Source of the DNA: Blastochloris sp.
GTDB lineage: Bacteria; Verrucomicrobiota; Verrucomicrobiia; Methylacidiphilales; JAAUTS01
Length of the DNA: 64,000 nucleotides
NCBI GenBank assembly: GCA_034440395.1
Contig: JAWXBW010000048.1
Coordinates: forward strand, 6,542 to 70,541
Direction of reading: 5' to 3'
The position numbers and the translations under genes are program-made. Positions 56,751 through 64,000 of the stretch are shown here, piece by piece. The notes beneath the pieces are model-generated. The model was given only the letters and a program-made list of their open reading frames with translations, was not told where the DNA came from and ran no database searches. Position 1 is the first letter of the stretch. Each line of letters begins with the position of its first letter.

Positions 56751-59123
56751 TTGAAAAATAATTCATGGATTCTTGCGTCTAGTATTTACTTTCCAGTCTT
56801 TATTCATGTTAAGCTATTCTTAGATCATTTTTTCGTGACCCCTCAAAATAATAATGGAGATCCTCGTTTGGAAGGTTTAGCGCGTTTCCTAGAAAAGGAG
56901 GCGGGTTTGGAAGCTGTCCTAGTGGATTTAAAAACAGGGCGTCTTTCCTTAGCGACCCTAGGCCCTGTCGATCATGAGGAACTTAAGCGGCACCTAGCGG
57001 CAGCTCTAGCTGAAATCAAAAACACCTGGGATGATCCGCAGCAAGTCGCGCTCCATTCCAAGCTGAGCTTACGTCGAATAAAAAATGAGTGGCTCTTGGA
57101 AAAACCTACCTGCCCAACCGCTCCACTTTTTTGGGTCTGGCGGGACATGCCTTGGCCTGAGGCTCCAGAACCAGAGGAGACAGGAGAGGAATGGCGTCAA
57201 CTAGCATGGCAGGCCGGAATTTGTGGTTTGTTCTTAGTTCTTGGATTTGTGTTAGGACAATTTTTTGAGGTGCCACGCGCCTACGTGATTGCTTGCTATG
57301 CGGTGTCTATTTTGGCTGGTGGTTGGGATGCCGCCATTGATGCGTGGGCGCGGATTAAAAAACGCGAGCTGGATATTCATTTCCTGATGTTGGCGGTGGC
57401 CAGCGGTGCCGTCGCCATAGGAGCTTGGGCGGAAGGTGCTTTATTGCTTTTTCTTTTTTCGCTTTCGGCAGCACTCGAACATTTCGCCCTGCACCGAACA
57501 AAGCGAGAAATTAATGCACTTTTCCAATCGGCTCCGAAGCAAGCGATTCGGCTCACTCCAGACGGCCAAGAGCAAGAGGTTCCTGTGGAGAAAATAGTGG
57601 TCGGGGACTGCGTACGGGTGAAGCCAGGAGATGTGTTCCCAGTAGATGCAGAAGTCCTGACGGGAGAGACAGCCGCAGATGAGTCCAACTTAACGGGGGA
57701 ATCCATTCCCATTACGAAACGAGTTGGTGACGAGGTGTTAAGCGGAACCATCAATCTATGGGGATCGGTGGATGCGCGTGTGCTGCGGCCAGCTTCTTCC
57801 AGTGCCTTAGCCAAAATTATTCGACTGATACAAGAGGCACGACATCTTAAAGCACCTAGCCAGAAATTTACGGATCGATTCGGAACACGCTACACCCAAA
57901 TTATTTTAGCTGCAGTCGTGGTGATGTTTGTCATTTGGCATTGGGGCTTAGGCTTGCCCGCATTTCAAGCAACGGCTGACGGGGGGGACTCCGCTTTTTA
58001 CCGTGCCATGACCTTGCTCGTTGTGGCGAGCCCTTGCGCTTTAGTGCTGTCGATACCATCGGCTATTTTGGCCGCCATTGCTTGGGGTGCGCGTCATGGG
58101 ATTCTTTTCCGAGGCGGAGCGGCGATAGAACGCTTAGCGGAAGTCAAGGTGGTAGCCTTAGATAAAACAGGCACGCTGACCACGGGAGACTTACAGGTCA
58201 TCGCAGTGGAGAGTTTTCCTGTGGGGCAAGAAAAAGAGATTCTACAACTAGCCGTAGCTTTGGAACAAAAAGCGAATCATCCTATTGCTCGAGCTATCTT
58301 GCGACATGGAAAATTACAAGGGGTGGAAGTCAAAATGCTCGAGGACTTCCAATCGCTAAATGGCTACGGAATTAAAGGGCGATACGACGGCGGGGTGTGT
58401 GTTTTAGGGAGACGTGAGCTTCTAGGGGGTGGCAAGCTGGCGGAACTCGTGGCGGAAATTCCATTGCCTCCCGGTGGGTTTACGGAGGTCTGGGTTTTAC
58501 GGGAGTCTTTATTAGGACGTATTTTACTACAAGATAAAATCCGAGAAGAGTCAGGAGCCGTTTTACATGAGCTTAGGGAGCTCGGCTTGCATACGATTAT
58601 GTTGACGGGAGATCGTTTGGAAGTGGCTCAATCCGTAGCGGCCGAATTAGAAATTAGTGAGATTCGAGCTGGGCTGAAGCCAGCGGAAAAAGTAAGTGCG
58701 ATTGAAGAGATTATAAAATCTGGACGCGTCGTGGCGATGGTGGGTGACGGCGTGAATGATGCGCCTTGTCTAGCTGTGGCGGATGTGGGTGTAGCCATGG
58801 GAGCGCGAGGAAGTGATGCTGCCATGGAAGAGAGTGAAGTTGTTTTAATGCGGGACAGGATAGATCTTTTCCTAGACGCCTATCGTTTAAGCGTGAGAGC
58901 ACGATCTGTCATCCGGCAAAACCTCGTGATCTCCTTAGGCACCGTAATGGTCATGGTGATCTTGTCCTTAGGTGGATGGGTGACACTGCCCATTGGCGTG
59001 ATAGCTCACGAAGGGAGCACGGTGCTAGTTTGCTTAAACAGTTTGAGACTACTTTTTCATCGTAATAAATCTGAAGATAAGAAAGGCAGGGGAATGGGGG
59101 AAAAGTTGAAGGTTGAAAGTTAA
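56751..59123 (+). CDS. Heavy-metal P-type ATPase, P1B-4-like (SPC / HEGST signatures)
   Basis: DKTGTLT, TGES, GDGVNDAP, the TM motif ASPCAL (SPC) and HEGSTVLVCLNSLRLL. The N-terminal region looks HMA-like but has no CxxC. TTG at 56751, with an alternative GTG at 56835. Confidence 0.9.
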   Translation: MKNNSWILASSIYFPVFIHVKLFLDHFFVTPQNNNGDPRLEGLARFLEKEAGLEAVLVDLKTGRLSLATLGPVDHEELKRHLAAALAEIKNTWDDPQQVALHSKLSLRRIKNEWLLEKPTCPTAPLFWVWRDMPWPEAPEPEETGEEWRQLAWQAGICGLFLVLGFVLGQFFEVPRAYVIACYAVSILAGGWDAAIDAWARIKKRELDIHFLMLAVASGAVAIGAWAEGALLLFLFSLSAALEHFALHRTKREINALFQSAPKQAIRLTPDGQEQEVPVEKIVVGDCVRVKPGDVFPVDAEVLTGETAADESNLTGESIPITKRVGDEVLSGTINLWGSVDARVLRPASSSALAKIIRLIQEARHLKAPSQKFTDRFGTRYTQIILAAVVVMFVIWHWGLGLPAFQATADGGDSAFYRAMTLLVVASPCALVLSIPSAILAAIAWGARHGILFRGGAAIERLAEVKVVALDKTGTLTTGDLQVIAVESFPVGQEKEILQLAVALEQKANHPIARAILRHGKLQGVEVKMLEDFQSLNGYGIKGRYDGGVCVLGRRELLGGGKLAELVAEIPLPPGGFTEVWVLRESLLGRILLQDKIREESGAVLHELRELGLHTIMLTGDRLEVAQSVAAELEISEIRAGLKPAEKVSAIEEIIKSGRVVAMVGDGVNDAPCLAVADVGVAMGARGSDAAMEESEVVLMRDRIDLFLDAYRLSVRARSVIRQNLVISLGTVMVMVILSLGGWVTLPIGVIAHEGSTVLVCLNSLRLLFHRNKSEDKKGRGMGEKLKVES

Positions 59124-59128
59124 AGGTG

Positions 59129-59162
59129 GGGACGTGTAGGACTTATAACTCCTATACGTCCC
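59129..59162. repeat. Long imperfect palindrome built from 9-bp periodic units, 6 nt after the ATPase stop
   Basis: GGGACGTGTAGGA (59129-59141) pairs with TCCTATACGTCCC (59150-59162), giving 13 bp including one G-T pair and an 8-nt loop. The 9-nt periodicity (..TCCtata / ..TCCcaaa / ..TCCcctg) continues to 59174. Confidence 0.6.
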
Positions 59163-59233
59163 AAAAGTCCCCTGTGAGCTTTTCAGAAGGCTCTACGGAA
59201 GGATCCGTTTTAGGTGGCTGAGTGGGCTTGAGA

Positions 59234-59566
59234 TTAGTGAGGTTTAGTGAGAGTTACCAGAAACTCGCTGAGGCCAATTGCGGAAGCGGATTCTGAGAGC
59301 GGGTAGGATTTTCCTTCTGGTATAAGGAAGGTGCTGCAGGTGGCTCCAAGGGTTTTGATGCTCTCAAGGAAGGCAGGACTAAGCTTCGGGGAAAGAGTGC
59401 GCTTAATCTCAATAGCGTGGATTTCTCCAGAGGTGGATTCAAGAATAAGATCGATTTCCGCTCCAGCCTGAGTGCGGTAGTAACTGCATGACGTAGTAGG
59501 CGGAACGAGGGAGAGGATTTGCTCAATGCAGTAGCCTTCCCTTGTTAAAATGAAGGAATTAATTCC
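59234..59566 (-). pseudogene. Truncated relic of a DUF4143-type AAA+ ATPase gene (C-terminal about 110 codons only)
   Basis: Minus-strand frame, open but with no start codon: ...EGYCIEQILSLVPPTTSCSYYRTQAGAEIDLILESTSGEIHAIEIKRTLSPKLSPAFLESIKTLGATCSTFLIPEGKSYPLSESASAIGLSEFL...*. It matches the F/YWRT..GAE.DL...G....E.K C-terminal pattern of DUF4143 ATPases. The AAA domain is absent. Confidence 0.55.
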
Positions 59567-59620
59567 TTATTTACAAGTCAAAATATAGAGTCTTTACCGA
59601 AATCAACTATGGAACCTGTG

Positions 59621-59675
59621 AGACTTATGGTATCTATGAGACCTATGGGACCTATAAGCCCCATAAGTCTTTTTC
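59621..59675 (+). terminator. 9-bp tandem-repeat block forming a stem plus T-run (intrinsic-terminator-like)
   Basis: Degenerate 9-mers GACTTATGG / TATCTATGA / GACCTATGG / GACCTATAA / GCCCCATAA. AGACTTATGG (59621-59630) is the perfect reverse complement of CCATAAGTCT (59661-59670), which is followed by TTTTT. Confidence 0.4.
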
Positions 59676-59818
59676 CAGTTTCTTAGCGTGAAACATCTCA
59701 GCTTTGCTTAAAGTGAACAAAAAACTATTTAGTACAAATGAAGCGTTAGCCGATTTTGGATTTTAAGAACCTTTCATTTCAAGATTGCGGTTTTAGGTGG
59801 TATGCCTAACTGTGATGT

Positions 59819-60301
59819 GTGTCTTTATTTCGTTATCATGATGACAATCTAAGTCCTGAGCTGATCTTGCTTAAGACAATCCCTTTCTTTTCCACCCTCA
59901 AAACGCGTGAACTCCACGTATTAGAGCCTATCCTGCATGAGCGCACCTATATGGAGGATGAAGTTGTTTTCGAGGAGGGTGATGAAGGGTTAGGGATGTA
60001 TCTTGTTTTAGAGGGTGAAATTAAAGTCGTGCGTAAAGCCATGATCGGAACGAAAGAGGTTACTCGCCTGGGAGTGGGCAGTTTCTTTGGAGAACTTTCG
60101 TTGCTCGATGGTGGTCCACGCTCGGCCACGGCTGTGGCGTCACAGCCCAGCAGGCTTTATGGTTTTTTCAGGCCAGAATTTTTAGAGATCATGGACAAAC
60201 ATCATAAAATCGGAGCTAAGATTAGTTTTCAACTCGCTCGGTTATCAGCATCACGTCTGCGGCACACCTTAAATGGCACACAACCCAGCGGAGTGTTTTA
60301 A
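59819..60301 (+). CDS. Stand-alone cyclic-nucleotide-binding (CAP effector) domain protein
   Basis: FGELSLLDGGPRSATAVA phosphate-binding cassette. 160 aa with no HTH output. GTG start. Confidence 0.8.
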   Translation: MSLFRYHDDNLSPELILLKTIPFFSTLKTRELHVLEPILHERTYMEDEVVFEEGDEGLGMYLVLEGEIKVVRKAMIGTKEVTRLGVGSFFGELSLLDGGPRSATAVASQPSRLYGFFRPEFLEIMDKHHKIGAKISFQLARLSASRLRHTLNGTQPSGVF

Positions 60302-60303
60302 GG

Positions 60304-61464
60304 ATGAACGCTAGTGGGTTGAAAAAAAAAGACTCGGGTCTAGAGCATCCGATGGTTTGGGTGGGTGTATTTTCTGCTACGCTTTTGGCGGTTTACCTGT
60401 GTGATTTGATGTGGTGGATTTCTATTCCTTTAGTTATCTCTGTCGTCCTTTATTATGTTTTTCTACCTATGATTGAATGGCTAGAGCGGCGAGGGCTCAT
60501 TTATGAAAAGGCACTCTGGATATTCATTCTCGTTCTCAGTTTGCTCATGTTGATATTGCTCCCAGCACTACTCTATTGGGTTACGGATCAGCTTTATCAA
60601 ATCCAAACAAAGCTCCCCCTCGTTCTTACCCGGGTCAATGACGCTATTATCCAGGGCTTAAGCAATGTCGAGCATCGCTTCCCTTGGTTGCATGATGCTG
60701 ATGTTGCCCAAAAGATGACGGATAAAATGGCCCTGCTCAAAGAAAGCTTTTTGGACAACGCACTACCGCACCTTGTTATCTATGTCTTGCACTGGGTTCC
60801 TTGTATGTTGTTGGTTCCTTACCTGACCTTCTTCTTATTAAAGGATGCGCATAAATTTAAAAAACTACTCATGCGCGGTGTTCCCAACGCTTTTTTTGAA
60901 AAAGTCTTACTTTTGTTTCACCGTATTGATACCCAGATAAAAAAATATTTCTGTGGGCTCATGGCCATGACAGTGTTGGACACAGTTAGCTTAGCCCTAG
61001 GTCTTTGGGTGATCGGTTTAAACTTCGGCGTGTTTGGTGTGGTGCCTTCCTTTTTCTTGGGGCTGCTCTGTGCGGTGTTTTCGTGGCTACCTTTTGTCGG
61101 CTCTATTTTAGGCTGCGTCATTATTGTGCTGGTTTGTGTGGTACAAAGCCCTGAGCCCGCCTGGATTATATTTTGGTCTGTCGCTCTCTTTATAACGGTG
61201 CGTCTGTTGGATGATTTTATCTACACGCCGCTAACTATCGGACGCTCCCTAAGTGTGCATCCTTTGGTGACGGTTTTGATTATTTTTGCTGGCGGCTTTG
61301 TTGGGGGTGTTACGGGCCTTTTACTCGTCATGCCGCTCTTGGGAGTGTGTATGGTCTTAGGTGAAATTTTTGGTCAAGTTTGGTTCGATGCCCGTTTACG
61401 CGCTCGCTATCATCTTTCCCACCAGTTAAAATTACGAGTGGCTAGACTTGGCTTGTTTGAGTAA
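60304..61464 (+). CDS. AI-2E family transporter (PerM/YhhT, UPF0118)
   Basis: About 8 TM helices, with typical AI-2E features (LKDAHKFKKLL loop, C-terminal PLVTVLIIFAGGFVGGVTGLLLVMPLLG). Confidence 0.8.
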   Translation: MNASGLKKKDSGLEHPMVWVGVFSATLLAVYLCDLMWWISIPLVISVVLYYVFLPMIEWLERRGLIYEKALWIFILVLSLLMLILLPALLYWVTDQLYQIQTKLPLVLTRVNDAIIQGLSNVEHRFPWLHDADVAQKMTDKMALLKESFLDNALPHLVIYVLHWVPCMLLVPYLTFFLLKDAHKFKKLLMRGVPNAFFEKVLLLFHRIDTQIKKYFCGLMAMTVLDTVSLALGLWVIGLNFGVFGVVPSFFLGLLCAVFSWLPFVGSILGCVIIVLVCVVQSPEPAWIIFWSVALFITVRLLDDFIYTPLTIGRSLSVHPLVTVLIIFAGGFVGGVTGLLLVMPLLGVCMVLGEIFGQVWFDARLRARYHLSHQLKLRVARLGLFE

Positions 61465-61465
61465 A

Positions 61466-61484
61466 GTCATGCCGATTGCATGAC
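61466..61484 (+). terminator. Perfect 7-bp hairpin right after the AI-2E stop (weak terminator candidate, no T-run)
   Basis: GTCATGC-cgatt-GCATGAC, starting 2 nt after the TAA at 61462-61464. Confidence 0.25.
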
Positions 61485-61565
61485 GATAAGAAGGCGGAGT
61501 AGTTGGTGAAGTTTTATTATCATGTGACTTGCCACCATAAGGGAAACTTGCTTAACATATAGGTT

Positions 61566-61874
61566 ATGAGCAATACCCTAGTTACTAAAGATAAGTTAGT
61601 TGATGATGTTAAAGAAGTGATCGCAGATGCTGAAGCTCTAGTGCGTGCCACAGCAGATGACCTTTCCGTAAAGGCTAAAGAAGCCCGTGCTAAGCTCTCC
61701 GTTAAATTGGAGTCAACCAAAGTGCAGCTTAAAGAACTAGAGGCTGTCGTTAAACAAAAAACCGCTGAAGGCGCCAAGGAAACAGACCGTGTTATTCGTG
61801 ACCATCCCTATGAGTCCATCGGGGTAGCTTTAGGAGTTGGTCTTTTGATTGGTATTCTTCTCAACCGCAAATAA
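61566..61874 (+). CDS. YqjD/ElaB/YgaM-family (DUF883) membrane-anchored stress protein
   Basis: Helical N-terminal part and the characteristic C-terminus HPYESIGVALGVGLLIGILLNRK. Confidence 0.85.
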   Translation: MSNTLVTKDKLVDDVKEVIADAEALVRATADDLSVKAKEARAKLSVKLESTKVQLKELEAVVKQKTAEGAKETDRVIRDHPYESIGVALGVGLLIGILLNRK

Positions 61875-61876
61875 GC

Positions 61877-62269
61877 ATGTTTTTTTCCAGCAAATCAAAC
61901 GAGGGAGGTCTCTTAGGCCTCTTACGTAAGTTCGCTTTACAATTAGTCAGCCTTCTCGAAACGAGAGCTGAACTAGTTGCGGTAGAGTTCCGCGAGGAAA
62001 AAATCAGATTAGTTAAAATCTTAATCTGGAGTTCTACCACTTTGTTTCTGGCGGCGATCGGATTAGTTATGCTGACCATGACCATCCTGTTTTCTATCTG
62101 GGATAATGAACAATATAGGATAATTGCCCTGAGCATATTTACCTTATTCTACTTAAGCGGATCTGTCTTTGGATTCGTTATGATGAAAAAGTTGCTTTTG
62201 GAAGGTGAGTTGCCCTTTGCTGAAACGATTAACCAGCTAAAAAAAGATAAATTCACTTTAGAACCCTAG
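61877..62269 (+). CDS. YqjE-like (holin-X/phage-holin family 3-type) membrane protein
   Basis: LETRAELVAVEFREEK amphipathic helix followed by two TM helices. Lies immediately after the yqjD-like gene, as in the E. coli yqjD-yqjE-yqjK order. Confidence 0.65.
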   Translation: MFFSSKSNEGGLLGLLRKFALQLVSLLETRAELVAVEFREEKIRLVKILIWSSTTLFLAAIGLVMLTMTILFSIWDNEQYRIIALSIFTLFYLSGSVFGFVMMKKLLLEGELPFAETINQLKKDKFTLEP

Positions 62270-62273
62270 CTCC

Positions 62274-62606
62274 ATGAAAGCTGCTTCAGTAAGTTTAAAG
62301 CAACAAAAAGCTCATCTCCTCTTGCGTTGTGAAACGGAACGTTACATTTTAAGTTCCACCTGCGTCCAATTACAACAATCCATGACGTGGTGGGATATGG
62401 GTTACACACTGGCCTCGGCCTTTGCTCCGAAAGCTAAACTACTTTTACCCGTTGTTGCTATGGTGCTGGGATCACGGCTCGGTTCCTTAGGTCAGGTAGG
62501 AAGCATCGTTTCTAAACTCATTATGGGCTGGCAATTTTTTCAAAAAATAAGGTCTGCTTCAAGTTCGCTTGATCTGCCTGCTTTATTTAAGCGTTTAAAA
62601 GGCTAG
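62274..62606 (+). CDS. YqjK-like small protein
   Basis: 110 aa with N-terminal LKQQKAHLLLRCETERYIL. Called from its position as third gene of the triad, so the assignment is tentative. Confidence 0.45.
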   Translation: MKAASVSLKQQKAHLLLRCETERYILSSTCVQLQQSMTWWDMGYTLASAFAPKAKLLLPVVAMVLGSRLGSLGQVGSIVSKLIMGWQFFQKIRSASSSLDLPALFKRLKG

Positions 62607-62695
62607 GAGTAGCTCACCCGCAGGGTCTTGGGTTATTTTTCTCCATAACCTTTTTACTTTCTTCCTTTTTCAATTTTCCACATGCTTAACTCTTC

Positions 62696-63496
62696 ATGAG
62701 CAAACGTCGTCAACTCTGGGTTGTTAAAGTGGGTAGCGGTTTACTCACGCATCGTAATGGTGGAGTAGATCGCCAACTCATGGCTGGGTTGGCCGCACAA
62801 ATCGCAGAGCTTCGTCAACATCACATCGCCGTCATTCTCGTTTCCTCGGGTGCCATCAGCGCAGGCATGTCGGCTTTAAACTTAGAGCAACGGCCAGTCG
62901 AGCGTAAGGCTTTGCAAGCCTGTGCTACGATCGGTCAACCCCGTTTGATGGCCGCATGGAATGACGTGTTGAAGAAACATCAACTTTGCGCTGCTCAAAT
63001 TCTATTAACGTCGTGGGATCTCGATAGCCGCAAGCTTTACAATAACACCCAGTCCACCCTACAACATCTTTTATCCTTAGGAAATTGCGTTCCTGTCTTC
63101 AACGAGAACGACGCCCTCTCCTTCGAGGAAATCGAAATGCTGAACCGTTTTGGGGATAATGATAAACTCTCCGCTCATGTAGCACTACTCGCAATGGCCG
63201 ATCAGTTGATTATTTTATCAGGAATAGACGGCCTTTACACCAAGCCTGATGGAACGGGAAAGCTCCTGCATGTGGTCAAAGAAATTGATGCCACCATCAT
63301 GAGCTATGCTGGCACGACTCAGAGCCAGCGCTCCGTGGGTGGCATGATCTCGAAGCTTGAGACCGCTCGACTTGTCATGGGGCAGGGGATTCCCCTAGTG
63401 ATTGGTAACGGTAGAGGGAAAGATATTTTACTTAAGATCATGCGTAAGGAAAAAATTGGCACCCACTTTATTGGTAAGAAAAAAACTAAGTCATGA
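62696..63496 (+). CDS. proB: Glutamate 5-kinase (short form without PUA domain)
   Basis: VVKVGSGLLT, ILVSSGAI and NENDA motifs. ATGA-coupled to proA. Confidence 0.9.
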   Translation: MSKRRQLWVVKVGSGLLTHRNGGVDRQLMAGLAAQIAELRQHHIAVILVSSGAISAGMSALNLEQRPVERKALQACATIGQPRLMAAWNDVLKKHQLCAAQILLTSWDLDSRKLYNNTQSTLQHLLSLGNCVPVFNENDALSFEEIEMLNRFGDNDKLSAHVALLAMADQLIILSGIDGLYTKPDGTGKLLHVVKEIDATIMSYAGTTQSQRSVGGMISKLETARLVMGQGIPLVIGNGRGKDILLKIMRKEKIGTHFIGKKKTKS

Positions 63497-64000
63497 GTGA
63501 GTTATACCAACAGATCGAAGCTCTATGCCAAAAAGCTAAGAAAGCCTCTCGTCAACTAGCCATCGCCTCGGCACAGCGTAAGAATGAACTGCTCAGAGCC
63601 ATAGCCGACTCATTAGAGCAAGGTCGCTCACGTATCTCGGAGGCGAACGCTCTGGACCTAGCTCGTGGGCGGGCAGCCGGCCTTTCTGCAGCCATGTTGG
63701 ATCGTTTAGAATTAAATGATCATCGCATCACTTCCATGATCCAGTCCGTACATGACGTGATCAGGCTGCATGATCCCGTGGGCGAAAGCTTAAAAAAATG
63801 GACACTTCCTAATGGCTTGCAGATGAACAAAATCCGGGTGCCCATTGGCTTAATCGGCATCATCTACGAATCCCGCCCTAACGTTACGGTCGATGCCTCT
63901 GTCCTGTGTCTTAAGACAGGCAACGGCACGATTCTACGCGGTGGTAAAGAAGCTCTCGAATCCAACCTTGTCCTGACAGCGCTCTTGCAAGAAGCCTCCG
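63493..64000 (+). CDS. proA: Gamma-glutamyl phosphate reductase (3' end outside window)
   Basis: IRVPIGLIGIIYESRPNVTVDA and LKTGNGTILRGGKEA motifs. The ORF runs off the window end. Confidence 0.9.
   Translation, partial: MSELYQQIEALCQKAKKASRQLAIASAQRKNELLRAIADSLEQGRSRISEANALDLARGRAAGLSAAMLDRLELNDHRITSMIQSVHDVIRLHDPVGESLKKWTLPNGLQMNKIRVPIGLIGIIYESRPNVTVDASVLCLKTGNGTILRGGKEALESNLVLTALLQEAS

Noticed and set aside
59207-59217. 11-mer GTTTTAGGTGG repeated at 59207-59217 and 59790-59800.
   Set aside because: A short isolated match with no extended flanking similarity. It is plausibly chance within this AT-biased scar, and is noted only in case genome-wide repeat analysis picks it up.
59254-59526. 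90-aa ORF in the supplied track (MSKSSPSFRLLRH...).
   Set aside because: Low-complexity sequence with no motif. The neighbouring frame on the same strand carries the clear DUF4143 C-terminal similarity, so this ORF is a frame artefact of the pseudogene.
1-64000. Scanned intergenic gaps for tRNA, rRNA, tmRNA, CRISPR arrays, IS elements or integrases, and known riboswitches (upstream of corA, sbp and the Mn transporter).
   Set aside because: No spaced direct-repeat arrays, no transposase or integrase ORFs, and no T-loop/cloverleaf candidates. The gaps upstream of corA (72 nt) and the P-type ATPase (43 nt) are too short for M-box or yybP-ykoY elements. Covariance-model scans would be needed to be definitive.

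Overview
This is a gene-dense chromosomal window of about 60 CDS. I found no rRNA, tRNA, CRISPR array or intact mobile element. Most of the content is housekeeping. From left to right it holds: lepB 3' end, dinG-like helicase, mutL, parB, a VanX-like dipeptidase, pyrR-pyrB-pyrC, a KamA-family radical SAM enzyme, and an rRNA methyltransferase. A long minus-strand block follows (21226-31589) with a GT2/ArnT-like fusion, a two-component system, an Rrf2 regulator and sbp-cysTWA-crcB. Then come a COG0523 GTPase, aguA/aguB, rsmH, pabBC, rph, gpmI, corA, a GH13 glucosidase, mntR with a Mn/Fe ABC importer and a P1B-type ATPase, a yqjD/E/K-like triad, and proB/proA. ATGA/GTGA start-stop overlaps are common: pyrR/pyrB/pyrC, pabB/pabC, cysW/cysA, the Mn-transporter genes and proB/proA. 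Prepilin-like N-termini, a PEGA plus FGE-sulfatase ectodomain protein, a beta-helix protein and hybrid kinases suggest a PVC-superphylum (Verrucomicrobiota-like) organism, but that is inference only. I did not find a convincing novel multi-gene system such as a defence island. The most unusual items are listed here. (1) A single 1052-aa ORF fuses 2-oxoacid dehydrogenase E1-alpha, E1-beta, a lipoyl domain and the E2 core. (2) A polyprenyl-phosphate glycosyltransferase (GT2) is fused to an ArnT/PMT-like transferase and followed by an OmpR/HK pair. (3) A decayed scar lies downstream of the P-type ATPase: a truncated DUF4143 ATPase relic sits inside a 9-bp periodic palindromic repeat and is flanked by an 8-bp direct repeat. 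(4) A kinase-remnant/PEGA/FGE membrane protein. (5) A COG0523 GTPase lacking the CXCC metal motif. (6) A YD-repeat (Rhs-like) pseudogene relic. (7) Non-canonical passengers (an AstE/AspA-like deacylase and crcB) in the sulfate-transport operon. All functional calls come from motif recognition by eye, because no database search was possible.
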